This document shows positions 43,968 through 46,053 of a stretch of DNA of 46,053 bases, piece after piece. The position numbers were made by a program, and so were the translations under genes. The DNA is from Betaproteobacteria bacterium RBG_16_66_20 (GTDB taxonomy: Bacteria; Pseudomonadota; Gammaproteobacteria; Burkholderiales; SG8-39). Location: contig MEQQ01000140.1 of assembly GCA_001770285.1 (NCBI GenBank), forward strand, positions 5,589 through 51,641, read 5' to 3'. Each line of letters begins with the position of its first letter. The stretch's first letter is position 1. Under the pieces are notes generated by a model. It was given only the letters and a program-made list of their open reading frames with translations, had not been told where the DNA came from and did no database searches.

Positions 43968-44855
43968 CTACTTTTGCGACCCGAACAGGCCAGCCGGCTT
44001 GAACATCAGGACGATCGCCATGATGATGAAGATCACCGTATTGGATGCTTCCGGGTAGAACACCTTGGTCAGCCCCTCGATCAGGCCGAGCGCGAAGCCG
44101 GTCACGATCGAGCCCATGATCGAACCCATGCCGCCGATCACCACCACCGCGAATACCACGATGATCAGGTCGGCGCCCATCTGCGGGCTCACCTGGTAGA
44201 TCGGCGCCGCCATCACGCCGGCGAACGCGGCCAGCGCCACGCCGAAGCCGTAGGTGAGCGTGATCATGCGCGGCACGTTGATGCCGAAGGCCTGCACCAG
44301 CGCGGGGTTCTCGGTGGCCGCGCGCAGGTAGGAACCGAGCTTGGTCTTCTCGATCACGAACCAGGTGCCGATGCAGACCCCCAGGGAGGCCACGATGACC
44401 CAGGCGCGGTAGTTCGGCAGGAACATGAAGCCGAGGTTGCGGCCGCCGGCCAGTTCCGCCGGCATCGCGTACGGCAGGCCGGAGGTGCCGTATTCGTTGC
44501 GAAACAGCCCCTGGATGATCAGCGCGAGGCCGAAGGTGAGCAGCAATCCGTACAGGTGGTCGAGCCGGTAGAGCTTCGAGAGCATCAGGCGCTCGATGAC
44601 CACGCCGGTGAAGCCCACCACGAGCGGCACCAGGGCAAGCGACCACCAGTAACCGAGACCCGCCTTGCTGGCCAGCAGGTAGGCGACGAAGGCGCCCATC
44701 ATGTACTGGGCGCCGTGCGTGAAATTGATGATGTTGAGCAGGCCGAATATCACCGCCAGCCCGAGCGACAGCAGCGCGTAGAACGAGCCGTTGATCAGGC
44801 CGATCAGCAGCTGGCCGAACAACGCCTGTACCGGAACGCCGAAGATGGAGTCCAT
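43968..44855 (-). CDS. Liv-type ABC permease (LivH-like)
   Basis: INFTHG, LGSYLRAATEN, IGGMGSI, KPAGLFG; probable ATG at 44855. Confidence 0.92.
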   Translation of the reverse strand: MDSIFGVPVQALFGQLLIGLINGSFYALLSLGLAVIFGLLNIINFTHGAQYMMGAFVAYLLASKAGLGYWWSLALVPLVVGFTGVVIERLMLSKLYRLDHLYGLLLTFGLALIIQGLFRNEYGTSGLPYAMPAELAGGRNLGFMFLPNYRAWVIVASLGVCIGTWFVIEKTKLGSYLRAATENPALVQAFGINVPRMITLTYGFGVALAAFAGVMAAPIYQVSPQMGADLIIVVFAVVVIGGMGSIMGSIVTGFALGLIEGLTKVFYPEASNTVIFIIMAIVLMFKPAGLFGSQK

Positions 44856-44866
44856 TGCGGTGGTGC

Positions 44867-44890
44867 GGAAGGGGGCTCGCACCCCCTTCC
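44867..44890 (-). terminator. Intercistronic stem-loop after the binding-protein gene (GGAAGGGGGU-GCGA-GCCCCCUUCC), probable partial terminator or mRNA stabiliser
   Basis: 10-bp stem (one G-U pair) with a GNRA tetraloop; no U tract. Confidence 0.65.
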
Positions 44891-44902
44891 CTCACATCCT
44901 GT

Positions 44903-46053
44903 TTACTTCACCAGGGAACAGCCGCCGTCCTTCTCCGGGCGGAATGCCTGCTCGGCCGGGATGGTGGCGCGGATCTTGTAGTAGTCCCAGGGCGCCTTCG
45001 ACTCGGAGGGCTTCTTTACCTCGACCAGCAAGGCCGGATGGACTTTGCGGCCGTCGGCGCGGATGCGGCCCTTGCCGAACAGCGGATCGTCGGTGGGCGT
45101 GTCCTTCATCTTGGCGATGACCTTGGTGCCGTCGTCGCTCTTCAGCGCCTCGACCGCCTTGAGGTAATGCAGCACGCCCGCGTACACGCCGGCGTGGATC
45201 ATGGTCGGGTGGATACCGCGATTGGCCGTCGCGAAGCGCTTGCCGAAGGCGCGCGTCTGCGCGTTCTGGTCCCAGTAGAAGGTCTCGGTGAAGATCAGGC
45301 CCTGCGCCTTTTCCAGCCCGAGCCCGTGCACGTCCGTCAGGAACACCAGCAGCCCGGCGAGGCTCTGCCCGCCCTTGACGATGCCGAATTCGGACGCCTG
45401 CTTGATCGCGTTGGTGGTGTCGCCGCCCGCGTTCGCCAGCCCGACGATCTTGGCCTTGGAGGCCTGCGCCTGCAGCAGGAAGGAAGAGAAATCCTGCGTG
45501 TTGAGCGGATGGCGCACCTTGCCGAGCACCTTGCCGCCGGACTTCAGCACCACCGCCTCGGTGTCGCGCTCCAGCGCATGGCCGAAGGCGTAGTCGGCGG
45601 TGAGGAAGAACCACGAGTCGCCGCCGGTCTTGACGATGGCGTTGCCGGTGCCGTTGGCGAGCATCCAGGTGTCGTAGGTCCAGTGGATGGTGTTCGGCGA
45701 GCACGCTTTGCCGGTCAGATCCGAGGTCGCCGCCCCCGATACCACGAAGGCCTTGCCCTTGTCGCGCGTGATCTGACTCACTGCCAGCGCAACGCCCGAG
45801 TTCGGCACATCGAAGATCGCATCTACCTTGTCCACGTCGTACCACTGGCGCGCGACGGCCGAGCCGACGTCGGCCTTGTTCTGGTGGTCGGCGTACAGCA
45901 CCTCGACCTTCATGCCCTTCTTCGCCGCGCCGAAGTCCTCGATCGCCATGCGCGCGGCCACCACCGAACCCTGGCCGGTCAGGTCCGCGTACAGGCTCGA
46001 GCCGTCGTTCAGGACGCCGATCTTGATGACGCCGTCCGACACCTGGGCGCTGG
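44903..46053 (-). CDS. Liv-type ABC substrate-binding protein, 5' end outside the window
   Basis: IKIGVLND, ADHQNKAD, WFFLTADYAFG, LANAGGD; the frame stays open to the window edge (AQVSDG...) and the signal peptide is missing. Confidence 0.9.
   Translation of the reverse strand, partial: SAQVSDGVIKIGVLNDGSSLYADLTGQGSVVAARMAIEDFGAAKKGMKVEVLYADHQNKADVGSAVARQWYDVDKVDAIFDVPNSGVALAVSQITRDKGKAFVVSGAATSDLTGKACSPNTIHWTYDTWMLANGTGNAIVKTGGDSWFFLTADYAFGHALERDTEAVVLKSGGKVLGKVRHPLNTQDFSSFLLQAQASKAKIVGLANAGGDTTNAIKQASEFGIVKGGQSLAGLLVFLTDVHGLGLEKAQGLIFTETFYWDQNAQTRAFGKRFATANRGIHPTMIHAGVYAGVLHYLKAVEALKSDDGTKVIAKMKDTPTDDPLFGKGRIRADGRKVHPALLVEVKKPSESKAPWDYYKIRATIPAEQAFRPEKDGGCSLVK

Noticed and set aside
43032-46053. 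Liv operon lacking ATPase genes
   Set aside because: The operon is cut by the window edge; the ATPase genes plausibly lie upstream.

Overview
High-GC betaproteobacterial (Burkholderiales-like) chromosomal segment, very densely coded, with no mobile elements, integrases or CRISPR arrays. Gene order: a 2862-aa NdvB/Cgs-type cyclic beta-1,2-glucan synthase; uvrB / aromatic aminotransferase / tRNA-Asn; a Liv-type ABC operon with a PcaC-like gene; a minus-strand trio (EctD/PhyH-like dioxygenase, SAF-domain oxidoreductase, SAM methyltransferase) divergent from an orphan family-5 binding protein; pyrG-kdsA-eno-ftsB; a large acyl-CoA catabolism region (acetoacetyl-CoA synthetase, ETF-QO, panB, etfBA, three acyl-CoA dehydrogenases, SDR, CoA transferase, Bug receptor) containing an unusual cytoplasmic Ser/Thr kinase; an MFS gene and a second, window-truncated Liv operon. 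The most unusual signal is not a gene. About 30 short (roughly 30-110 bp) AT-rich, A-tract-rich patches sit in frame inside otherwise strongly GC3-biased core genes between about 9.9 and 41.2 kb, with up to 14 consecutive A/T-ending codons. They are nearly absent from the glucan synthase and the last ~4.3 kb. Also noted: overlapping bidirectional -10 boxes with probable leaderless genes, a short REP-like motif at convergent junctions, and a 27-bp in-frame duplication. All calls come from reading the sequence by eye; no searches or computations were run.
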